Source: an uncultured Verrucomicrobiota bacterium (GTDB lineage Bacteria > Verrucomicrobiota > Kiritimatiellia > CAIKKV01 > CAITUY01). From it: DNA of 28,373 bases. The stretch spans positions 1 to 28,373 of the forward strand of contig CAYHEL010000001.1 of assembly GCA_964355415.1 (NCBI GenBank), read 5' to 3'. Positions 1 through 7,554 of this stretch are shown in pieces. The first letter of the stretch is position 1; each line of letters opens with the position of its first letter. Below the pieces are notes generated by a model that was not told the origin of the DNA, did no database searches, and worked only from the letters and a program-made list of their open reading frames with translations. The position numbers and the translations under genes are program-made.

Positions 1-86
1 GGCGCTGCTGTCAAGCGTTCCTGAAGAGGCTCGCGGCACCGCCTGCATTTGTGCGGCGTGTGCGCAGGGCAGCCGCACAGGCGCTG

Positions 87-264
87 TTAGAGCACCGCGC
101 GGAGCTTTTTGAGCTCGGCTTCAGCCACATCCACCCGAACCTTGCCGAGGGCCACCAGGATTTTGGCCAAGGCTTCCACCTCGTCGCCGACGGCGCCGGC
201 CATCATGGCAATGTTGTGCGAATGCAGTGCCATATGGCCTTTCTGCACGCCGGTGGTGGCCAGC
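87..264 (-). pseudogene. mvaA: 3' fragment (about 58 aa) of a class II HMG-CoA reductase; 5' part missing
   Basis: Minus frame reads LATTGVQKGHMALHSHNIAMMAGAVGDEVEALAKILVALGKVRVDVAEAELKKLRAVL*. This matches the class II HMGR C-terminal pattern (LATEGIQRGHMALHARNIA..AGA.GDEV, from recall of P. mevalonii MvaA), including the catalytic His motif. Upstream of 264 the frame is only the antisense of the GT4 gene. Confidence 0.8.
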
Positions 265-495
265 AATTCCCCGGGTCTGCGCGAGGCGGTGCGGGATGGG
301 GAAACGGGATTCCTGGTTCCGCATGGCGATGTAGACGCGCTCGCCAACCGGATTGACCGACTGCTGTCCGACCCCGCGCTGTATGCCCGGATGCGGGGTG
401 ACGGCATCGAGTGGTCCAAGACGTTCACCTGGGACAAAGCGGCATCTAAAACGTTTCAGATGATGGAAGAGGCGGTTGGGAGATTTCAAATCTGA
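245..495 (+). pseudogene. 3' fragment of a GT4 (GT-B fold) glycosyltransferase; 5' part missing
   Basis: TPVVASNSPGLREAVRDGETGFLVPHGDVDALANRIDRLLSDP...FTWDKAA is the typical GT4 C-terminus. The expected preceding EAMACG motif is absent; upstream of 245 the frame is antisense of the HMGR fragment. Confidence 0.85.
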
Positions 496-515
496 AATTT
501 CAGATCTGAGATCTT
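481..515. repeat. Five degenerate 7-nt tandem units containing a 16-bp perfect palindrome
   Basis: AGATTTC AAATCTG AAATTTC AGATCTG AGATCTT; ATCTGAAATTTCAGAT (490-505) is self-complementary and spans the GT4 stop codon. Confidence 0.55.
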
Positions 516-530
516 TTATCCGGGGAAAGA

Positions 531-563
531 AAAAGGGCAGGGCCTTGCGGCGCCTGCCCTTTT
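531..563. terminator. Intrinsic terminator, probably bidirectional, between the convergent GT4 fragment and ilvC
   Basis: Perfect 11-bp inverted repeat AAAAGGGCAGG (531-541) / CCTGCCCTTTT (553-563). T-tract on both strands; the longer one (TTTTTCTTTC) is on the ilvC strand. Confidence 0.8.
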
Positions 564-581
564 GCATTTGAGCGGGGTCGA

Positions 582-1682
582 TCAGTTCGACAACCGGCCG
601 CCGACGCCCTTGGCGTTCTTGGCGGTTGCCTTGACGCCCTCCTTCGGGCGCAGGGCGCGAACTGCGGCGCCGGCCTGCCACATTTCGGAGTTGTGGATGT
701 CGGCCAACTTTTTACCCAGGAACGTCTGGTAGTCCTTGCCGCCGCAATCGCGAATCACCTCGCGGGTTTCGGTGCCGGCCTTGACCGAGGCGTAGAGTTT
801 CTTGAAGACCGGGAGGTTGGCCTTCCAGAAGATCGGGCGCCACTTGAGCGCGCCGTGCTGGGCGGTGGCGGAGCAGTTCTGGTACATCCAGTCCATGCCG
901 TTTTCATCCACCAGGCGGATCAGACTCTGGGTCAGTTCCTCGGCGGTTTCGTTGAAGGCCTCGCTCGGGGAGTGGCCGTTGGCGCGCAGGACATCGTACT
1001 GGGCGTGCATCATGCCGGCCAGGGCGCCCATCAGCACGCCGCGTTCGCCGGTCAGGTCGCTGTACACTTCCTTCTGGAAGGTGGTGGGGAAGAGGTAGCC
1101 CGAGCCGATGCCGATGCCGAGGGCAAGGCAACGCTCTGTGGCGCGACCGGTGGCGTCCTGGAACACCGCGAAGCTCGAGTTGATGCCGGCGCCGGAGAGG
1201 AAGTTGCGGCGCACGGAGGTGCCGGAACCCTTCGGGGCGACCATGATCACGTCAACATCCTTCGGAGGAATCACGCCGGTCTGATCCTTATAGACGATCG
1301 AGAACCCGTGCGAGAAATAAATCGCGTCGCCGGGTTTCAGGTTGGCCTTGATGACGGGCCAGACCTTGCGCTGGGCGGCGTCGGACACCAGGAACTGGAC
1401 GATGGTGGCCTTCTTGACCGCCGTGGCGATGTCGAACAGCGTCTTGCCGGGAACCCAGCCATCCTTGCGGGCGCGATCCCAGTCCCGTTTGAATTCCGGC
1501 GCCTGGCCGATGATGACCTTGAAGCCGTTGTCCTTGAGGTTGAGCGCCTGGGCGGGGCCCTGGACGCCGTACCCGATAATGGCAATGATCTCGTTTTTCA
1601 AGACCTTGCGCGCCTTTGCCGTCGGAAATTCCTTGCGGGTCACGACGGTTTCCTTCTCTCCACCAAAGTTAATCAATGCCAT
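582..1682 (-). CDS. ilvC: Ketol-acid reductoisomerase, Bacteroidota/fungal Ilv5-like subtype, 366 aa
   Basis: IIGYGVQGPAQALNLKDNG Rossmann motif, YFSHGF, VAPKGSG, SDLTGERGVLMG, EAFNETAEE. Start reassigned to MALINFGG (ATG at 1682), which has an AGGAG SD upstream. Confidence 0.97.
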   Translation of the reverse strand: MALINFGGEKETVVTRKEFPTAKARKVLKNEIIAIIGYGVQGPAQALNLKDNGFKVIIGQAPEFKRDWDRARKDGWVPGKTLFDIATAVKKATIVQFLVSDAAQRKVWPVIKANLKPGDAIYFSHGFSIVYKDQTGVIPPKDVDVIMVAPKGSGTSVRRNFLSGAGINSSFAVFQDATGRATERCLALGIGIGSGYLFPTTFQKEVYSDLTGERGVLMGALAGMMHAQYDVLRANGHSPSEAFNETAEELTQSLIRLVDENGMDWMYQNCSATAQHGALKWRPIFWKANLPVFKKLYASVKAGTETREVIRDCGGKDYQTFLGKKLADIHNSEMWQAGAAVRALRPKEGVKATAKNAKGVGGRLSN

Positions 1683-1710
1683 GTTTGCTTCTCCTGTTTG
1701 AAAGGGTTGC

Positions 1711-1738
1711 AGTGTAGAAGATCGGCGCCGCGCGTCAA
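1711..1738 (-). promoter_or_regulatory. Candidate sigma70 promoter for ilvC
   Basis: Minus strand TTGACG-16 nt-TACACT in the GT3-ilvC intergenic gap, about 30 nt upstream of the ATG. Confidence 0.5.
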
Positions 1739-1746
1739 TCCAGAAA

Positions 1747-3567
1747 TCAGGCGCCCAGAACCTTCTCGTAGGCCTGGGCGTAATAGCGGCCGAGGTTGTG
1801 CCAGTCAAAATGCTCCGAGGCAATCTGGACGCGGTTGCGCTGGTTGATGCGTTCGCGCCGGTCGAGTTGCATGAAGCTGAACAGGTGATCCGTCAGCGCG
1901 TTGGCGGAGGCGTCGAACGAGGAATACCGGCGATTCATCACATGCAGGCCGTCCTGCTCATGGTTGGGGATGTTCTTTTCCAGGTAGGTGCCGAAACCCG
2001 AGAGGTTGCTGGTGACCGAGGGCAGTCCCAACGCGGCGCATTCCAGGGGGGCATACCCCCAGGGTTCGTAGGAACTCGGGAAAATCCCAAGGTGGCAGCC
2101 GCGCACAAACTGGTCGTAATCCATGCCGAAGAGCGGATCGTTGGTCGTGACGAAATCCGGATGATAGACCACCTTGACGGGGTCGCCGGGCTGATTGAAA
2201 AGCGAGCAGGAACGTATCTTGTTCAGAACCTCGTCCTGACTGTCGTCGACCAGGTCGTGGGTGACGATCGTGGGCATGCTCTTGCTTTTCCAGACGTGCA
2301 TCAGGCGGCGCAGGCGCAGGCGCCAGTAGTCATCCACCAGCGACTCCATCGTGGGGAACTTGCCCATGGAGGCGGAGACGAACAACCGCTCGCCGATCTT
2401 GTTGGCGATCTGGCGGCAGTCGTCCTGCATTTCCTGCATCATGGCGCGCCGGCGCAGGGCCTCGGCGTTGATGGAGCGGATCGGCTGGCGGGTGATGACA
2501 AAGAACACCACCGTCTGGTTGGTGCCCGCCAGTTTCATCCGGTAATTCAGACGGGCCAGCGACTCGATGGTGAGGTCGAACCCCTTGTTGCGGTATTCGA
2601 AACGGCCCGAGGTGAAGAAATACAGGGTGCGATCCAGATCGAATGAATAACTCGGGAAAAAGTGGGCCACCACGAACTCGTTGATCTTTTCCTTATAGAC
2701 GCGGTGCAGATTCTGGAATTCATGCAACGCCACAAACCGTTCGATGTTCAGGCCGTTCGGGAGCAGCACATCCGGTTTGCGGCCGAGCAGGTGTTCGCAC
2801 TCGAACCCGGTGATATCACTGACGGTGGAGAAGACGTGGGAACCGTGCGCGGCGGCGCGTTCCAGGCGAACCTGCGCCTCGATGTTGAACCGGCGCGCAT
2901 CGGCCAGCCAATCGACAAAGGGAACGTGGTCGTAGAACCAGGGGTCGTTCATGGCGAGATAGCGCCCCAGCAGCGTGGCGTGGGTGGTGAAGACGATGGA
3001 GACGGGGATATTCGAGCGGCGGATTTCAGGAATGCCCGAGCCGCCCATCCATTCGTGGAAATGGCCGATGATCGGGCGTTTTGCGGTCTGCGCTTTGGCG
3101 ATGGCCCGGAAACATTGTTCCACGACGTAACCGAACGACACGACTTGATTCACCAGGTCGTCGTTGTCGGGGATGGAGATATTGTGGTGCTCCCAGAGCA
3201 GGTATTTGATCCAACCGAGCTGGGGCGTCACGGACCGGTGGTTCAGCAGGAGGGCGCGCGGACGCCCGGTGATCAGCCAGTGGCCGTAGCGGGCCTCGAT
3301 GCCCTGATCGTTCAGGAGTTGAATCACGTCCCGGAACAGGGCGGAGGGTTGAACCTCCTCAAATTCGGTTTGGGATGTTTGCGGGTTATAGGGGCCGATC
3401 ACGCAGTAACGGGAACCCCACTGCTCAACGATACTCGGAACCTTCGAGCGGATGACCGTATAGATGCCGCCCAACTGCTGACACACTTCCCAGGCCACTT
3501 CAAAGAGGAGCGGCTTGGTGGAGGAGGCGGAATCATGAGACGACTCTGAAATTCCCGGCTTAGACAT
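1747..3567 (-). CDS. Glycogen synthase, GT3 family (eukaryote-type), 606 aa
   Basis: LFEVAWEV..GGIYTV, HFHEW, FTTHATLLGRYL, HEFQNLH, GRFEYRNKG, RGCHLGIFPSSYEPWGYAPLEC, RRERINQRNR. Start reassigned to ATG 3567 with a GAGGT SD. Confidence 0.95.
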   Translation of the reverse strand: MSKPGISESSHDSASSTKPLLFEVAWEVCQQLGGIYTVIRSKVPSIVEQWGSRYCVIGPYNPQTSQTEFEEVQPSALFRDVIQLLNDQGIEARYGHWLITGRPRALLLNHRSVTPQLGWIKYLLWEHHNISIPDNDDLVNQVVSFGYVVEQCFRAIAKAQTAKRPIIGHFHEWMGGSGIPEIRRSNIPVSIVFTTHATLLGRYLAMNDPWFYDHVPFVDWLADARRFNIEAQVRLERAAAHGSHVFSTVSDITGFECEHLLGRKPDVLLPNGLNIERFVALHEFQNLHRVYKEKINEFVVAHFFPSYSFDLDRTLYFFTSGRFEYRNKGFDLTIESLARLNYRMKLAGTNQTVVFFVITRQPIRSINAEALRRRAMMQEMQDDCRQIANKIGERLFVSASMGKFPTMESLVDDYWRLRLRRLMHVWKSKSMPTIVTHDLVDDSQDEVLNKIRSCSLFNQPGDPVKVVYHPDFVTTNDPLFGMDYDQFVRGCHLGIFPSSYEPWGYAPLECAALGLPSVTSNLSGFGTYLEKNIPNHEQDGLHVMNRRYSSFDASANALTDHLFSFMQLDRRERINQRNRVQIASEHFDWHNLGRYYAQAYEKVLGA

Positions 3568-3727
3568 GGTGCACCTCTTATTAACCTTCGAAAGACCCGA
3601 CACTTCTACACTCCAGCCAACAGGGAGGCAAGCGTCAATTCCATGGCCGATCGAGGTGTGTCGCATAGGATCTTCTGTGGGATGCTCATGAAAAAACATA
3701 AAAAAACCTGAATATTTGTTGCGTTCG

Positions 3728-3783
3728 GTGGGGCGAAGTGGTGTATTGTGTGGCGAGAGTACATCATTGTGGGAGTGAAGTGC
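3728..3783 (+). promoter_or_regulatory. MraZ-binding (dcw box) repeats upstream of mraZ
   Basis: GTGG at 3728 and 3738, GTGT at 3748, GTAC at 3759, GTGG at 3769, GTGC at 3780: 10-11 bp periodicity, like the GTGG/TGGGN repeats MraZ binds in other bacteria. Confidence 0.6.
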
Positions 3784-3785
3784 AG

Positions 3786-4262
3786 TTGAGCGACAACAAA
3801 GAGAGTGAATTGGGAGGAATTCAGGGGCTATTCATGGGTGAAGTCACCCATTCCCTGGATCCCAAGAAGCGCCTGACCATTCCGGCCGATTGGCGTGAAA
3901 GCGCGGGGGAGCCCCATGGACTCTATGTGTTGCCCGATTTGGATGGCCGCAATTTCTTAAGCGTCTTTCCCGCGCGGGAAATGGTGCAGCGGATTCAGCG
4001 CATCCGAAACCTCTCCATTGCGGATGTCAAAGGGCGTCAGTTTGCCCGGATGCTGGGTTCGCGCTCCCAACTGGCCACCTGGGATACGGCGGGGCGCATC
4101 CGGATTAACGACAGCCTTCTGGATCACGCCACTCTGTCCGATCAGATTGTGCTGGTCGGGGCCATTGATCATTTTGAGTTGTGGAATCCGGAGCACTGGA
4201 AACGGGATCGTTCGACGCGAGTCGCCGACCTCGGTGAGGCGGCCCGGTATGTCGGTTTCTAA
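3786..4262 (+). CDS. mraZ: Division/cell-wall cluster transcriptional regulator MraZ (start uncertain: TTG 3786 or ATG 3834)
   Basis: Two AbrB-like repeats: LDPKKRLTIP and WDTAGRIRI, plus VGAIDHFELWNPEHW; first gene of the dcw cluster. Confidence 0.93.
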   Translation: MSDNKESELGGIQGLFMGEVTHSLDPKKRLTIPADWRESAGEPHGLYVLPDLDGRNFLSVFPAREMVQRIQRIRNLSIADVKGRQFARMLGSRSQLATWDTAGRIRINDSLLDHATLSDQIVLVGAIDHFELWNPEHWKRDRSTRVADLGEAARYVGF

Positions 4263-4487
4263 CCGGGTTTTAGGAATGAGTTGCGATGAAACATTCAGCC
4301 ACCAAGTTCATGCAGTTGACCGGCGCCCTGACGGGCTGGAAGCATGCGTTTTCCTGGATGAGGATTCCCCGGCGCAGCGCTGACACGGTCGGGAACATGC
4401 TCGATTACCGCCGCGTGGGCGGGGCTGGCGCCAGGATTGCGAGCACCGCAATCAGTCACCATCTGGCGTCGCCGCAGGAGACCCCTC

Positions 4488-5411
4488 ATGCACCGCGCCG
4501 TACTTCTTGATGAGGTGATGGCGTGGTTGGCGCCGGGGCCGGGCGGGGTTTTTGTGGACGGCACGTTGGGCGGTGGCGGGCATACGCGGGCGATGGCCGC
4601 GGCGGTCGGTCCGGCGGGCCGGGTGCTGGCGTTGGATCAGGATGCGGGCGCGCTGGAGCGGGCCCGGGCGAATCTGGGCGGTGTCGAGGATCGTTGCCTG
4701 CTCGTGCAGGGAAGCTTTGCGAGGCTGGACGAGGTGGCGGCGGCACACGGGATTGCGAACGTGGATGGCGTGCTGCTGGATATCGGGATTTCATCGGATC
4801 AGTTGGACGACCCGGAACGCGGGTTCAGTTTCATGCGGGACGGCCCGCTGGACATGAGGATGGATCAGAGCCGCGAGGAAACGGCCGCATCGTTGTTGAA
4901 CACGCTCGGGGAGGATGCGCTTACGGACATCCTGAGGCGGTATGGCGAGGAACCCAGGGCCCGCGCGATTTCGCGCCGGGTGGCGCAACAGCGGAACCGG
5001 GAACCGTTCGCGACGACCGGTCAGTTGGCGGATCTGGTCAGGGAGGTGTACGGCGGGCGGCGCGGGCGTATCCATCCGGCGACGCTGACCTTTCAGGCGC
5101 TCCGGATCGCCGTGAATGGCGAACTGGACGCGCTGGCGCGGGGGCTGGAGGCGGCGCTCAGGATACTCGCGCCGGGTGGCAGGATGGCGGTGATCGCCTT
5201 CCACAGTCTTGAGGACCGGCTGGTGAAACAGTTTTTTGTGGAACATCAGGGACGGATGGAGTCCCTGCCGGCGGGCGGCCAGAAATGGGTTGGCGCGCTC
5301 CCGGAAATGAGGATTTTAACCCGGAAACCGGTGATGGCGACAGACCGGGAATGTCAGGAAAACCCGCGGGCACGATCCGCGAAGTTGAGAGTGGCGGAGC
5401 GAAAGGACTAG
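4488..5411 (+). CDS. rsmH: 16S rRNA (cytosine1402-N4)-methyltransferase
   Basis: HRAVLLDEV, DGTLGGGGH, DIGISSDQLD, GPLDMRMD, TFQALRIAVN, FHSLEDR, NPRARSAKLR. ATG 4488 follows AGGAG at 4476-4480. Confidence 0.97.
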   Translation: MHRAVLLDEVMAWLAPGPGGVFVDGTLGGGGHTRAMAAAVGPAGRVLALDQDAGALERARANLGGVEDRCLLVQGSFARLDEVAAAHGIANVDGVLLDIGISSDQLDDPERGFSFMRDGPLDMRMDQSREETAASLLNTLGEDALTDILRRYGEEPRARAISRRVAQQRNREPFATTGQLADLVREVYGGRRGRIHPATLTFQALRIAVNGELDALARGLEAALRILAPGGRMAVIAFHSLEDRLVKQFFVEHQGRMESLPAGGQKWVGALPEMRILTRKPVMATDRECQENPRARSAKLRVAERKD

Positions 5412-5414
5412 ACG

Positions 5415-5804
5415 ATGGCGAAACGAAACAAGAAAAAAGGGCAGGCGAATTTCCCCCTTCCGATCCCCCTGGTCATCCTGGTTCTGATCCTCTCCGGATT
5501 TGCGCTCATGTACGTCTGTCTCCAGGGCCGGACCGAAAAATTGGGCCGCGAAATCAAGGCGCTTGAAACGGCCCGGGATAACCTGCGGGATCAACTCGTC
5601 CGGGAACAATGCGAATGGGCAAGACTGCAATCCCCGTCCGCCCTGGAACATTCCCTCAAGGCGCATGGCCTCGCGATGACCTGGCCGAGCCGGGATCAGA
5701 TCGTCCGGATTCGGTACCCCGGAGGCCGGGATTCCCTTCAGGGTCTTGAGGGTCGGCCGGCTTCGCGACTGGCGCGGGCCGACAGGGTAGCGATGAATGA
5801 CTGA
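5415..5804 (+). CDS. ftsL: FtsL-like cell division protein
   Basis: Lies between rsmH and ftsI; basic cytoplasmic N-terminus, one TM helix (PLVILVLILSGFALMYVCL), then a coiled coil (LGREIKALETARDNLRDQL) and the LQSP..L..L....GL..P pattern. Confidence 0.8.
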   Translation: MAKRNKKKGQANFPLPIPLVILVLILSGFALMYVCLQGRTEKLGREIKALETARDNLRDQLVREQCEWARLQSPSALEHSLKAHGLAMTWPSRDQIVRIRYPGGRDSLQGLEGRPASRLARADRVAMND

Positions 5805-7554
5805 GCCTCGTGGATCAACCCCGTTCATCATCATTGTTGCGCTGCTGGGCGCGGCCATGGTGGGGTTGGTGGTGCGCCTGGTGGTGTTGCACCTCGGGGG
5901 GGTTGAACAGGACCGGGCCACGGCGTCCAAGATGCGCACCGTCAAACGGACCCTCTCGGTTCCCCGGGGGCGCATTCTGGACGGCAGTTCCGCCTCCGGC
6001 ATTCTGGCGCTGAACATCGGCGTCAAGGATATCTGGGCCGATCCCCGTCTGTTGACCGCCAGCAACCGTGTGGCGATCACCGTGAACCGGTTGGGCGCCC
6101 TGCTGGAGTTTGATCGTCCCGAGGTCACGCTCCGGCTTACCAAAACCAACAGCGAGTACGCCGTCATCGCCCGGAAAGTGCCCGATGAAACCGCCGAACG
6201 GGTCGCGGCGCTGAAGTTGCCCGGCGTCCATTTCGACGAGACCACCACGCGCTCCTATCCCCAGAATCTGATGCTTTGCCATGTGCTGGGTTTTGTCAAC
6301 AGCGACGGGGTTGGCTCCAGTGGAATCGAACAGCTCATGGAAAAATATCTGAAGGGGAGTCCCGGCTTGATCGAGAGCCGGCTGGACGGGCGCCGGCGGG
6401 AAATGGTGGATCGCCGGGTTCAGGAAATCCCCCCGAAGGACGGCGCCGATGTCGTGCTGACGATCGATCAGAATCTCCAGTACATGGTCGAGAAGGCGCT
6501 TGACGCGGCCATGGAGCGGAATCGATCCAAGGCCGCATTTGTGATCATGCAACGGATCAAGACCGGCGAGATTCTCGCGATGGCCGGCCGGCCGGCCTTC
6601 GATCCAAACCGATTCCGCGAGGCGCGGGACGTTCAGAAACTGAACCGGGCGATCGGGTATACCTATGAACCCGGTTCCACGTTCAAGGTCACCGTCATCG
6701 CGGCGGCCTTGAACGAGGGGATTGTCACCCCCGAGACCGACTTCAATACCGAAAATGGCCGCTGGCTTTACCAGGGAAAAATCCTGCGCGATTATCATTC
6801 CTATCCCCACCTGAACGTCGCGGATGTCCTGAAGAAATCAAGCAACATTGGCGCGGCCAAGATCGCAATCATGCTGGGCGATCAACGCATGGAACGGTAT
6901 CTGCGCAATTTCAACATCGGAGGCAAACTCGGAATTGATCTTCCGGGCGAGGAGGGCGGCATTCTCGCGCCGGGATCCAAGTGGTCGGCGATCAGTTCCA
7001 GCCGGATCGCGATCGGGCAGGGCGTCGCGGTGACGGGACTTCAGATGCTCGGGGTGTTGTGCGCCATCGCGAATGACGGCATGACGATGAAGCCTCACGT
7101 GATCAAGGAAGTCATTGCCGCGGATGGAACCGTGTTGTTGCGCCGCCAGCCCGAGGTGATCGGCCGCCCCATCAGACCCGACACGGCGGCCCTGATGCGC
7201 CGCCTGCTGGGCCGGGTGTGCGAGGAGGGCGGCACCGGCACCAAGGCGAATGTGGAGGGATTCCGGGTTGCGGGAAAAACCGGAACGGCGCAGAAAGTCA
7301 TCGCCGGGCATTATTCCGAGACGGATTACATGGCGTCCTTTGTCGGCTTTCTGCCCCTGGAAAATCCCGAGATCGGCATGATTATTGTCTTTGATGAACC
7401 GCAACCGCTTCACACGGGGGGCGCGGTGTCGGCGCCTGTTTTCGGCGACATCGCCGAACAGGCGGTGCGATACCTGGGACTTCAACCGGCGGAAGGATCC
7501 GCACCGGTTCCGGCGCCGCGCCGCGCGGATTCGGGAAGTAATGAGACATTCTGA
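5797..7554 (+). CDS. ftsI: Class B penicillin-binding protein (FtsI/PBP3)
   Basis: N-terminal TM, PRGRILD, RSYP, LTIDQNLQ; transpeptidase motifs STFK, SSN and KTGT; dcw position. Confidence 0.95.
   Translation: MTEPRGSTPFIIIVALLGAAMVGLVVRLVVLHLGGVEQDRATASKMRTVKRTLSVPRGRILDGSSASGILALNIGVKDIWADPRLLTASNRVAITVNRLGALLEFDRPEVTLRLTKTNSEYAVIARKVPDETAERVAALKLPGVHFDETTTRSYPQNLMLCHVLGFVNSDGVGSSGIEQLMEKYLKGSPGLIESRLDGRRREMVDRRVQEIPPKDGADVVLTIDQNLQYMVEKALDAAMERNRSKAAFVIMQRIKTGEILAMAGRPAFDPNRFREARDVQKLNRAIGYTYEPGSTFKVTVIAAALNEGIVTPETDFNTENGRWLYQGKILRDYHSYPHLNVADVLKKSSNIGAAKIAIMLGDQRMERYLRNFNIGGKLGIDLPGEEGGILAPGSKWSAISSSRIAIGQGVAVTGLQMLGVLCAIANDGMTMKPHVIKEVIAADGTVLLRRQPEVIGRPIRPDTAALMRRLLGRVCEEGGTGTKANVEGFRVAGKTGTAQKVIAGHYSETDYMASFVGFLPLENPEIGMIIVFDEPQPLHTGGAVSAPVFGDIAEQAVRYLGLQPAEGSAPVPAPRRADSGSNETF

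Noticed and set aside
51-681. ORFs 51-356 and 121-681, and the full-length readings of 87-437 and 109-495
   Set aside because: Alternative frames or chimeric fusions across the 245-264 junction; only the HMGR and GT4 halves have family motifs.
693-3549. Plus-strand ORFs 693-1847, 1798-2646 and 2662-3549
   Set aside because: Antisense shadows of ilvC and the glycogen synthase, with no recognisable motifs.
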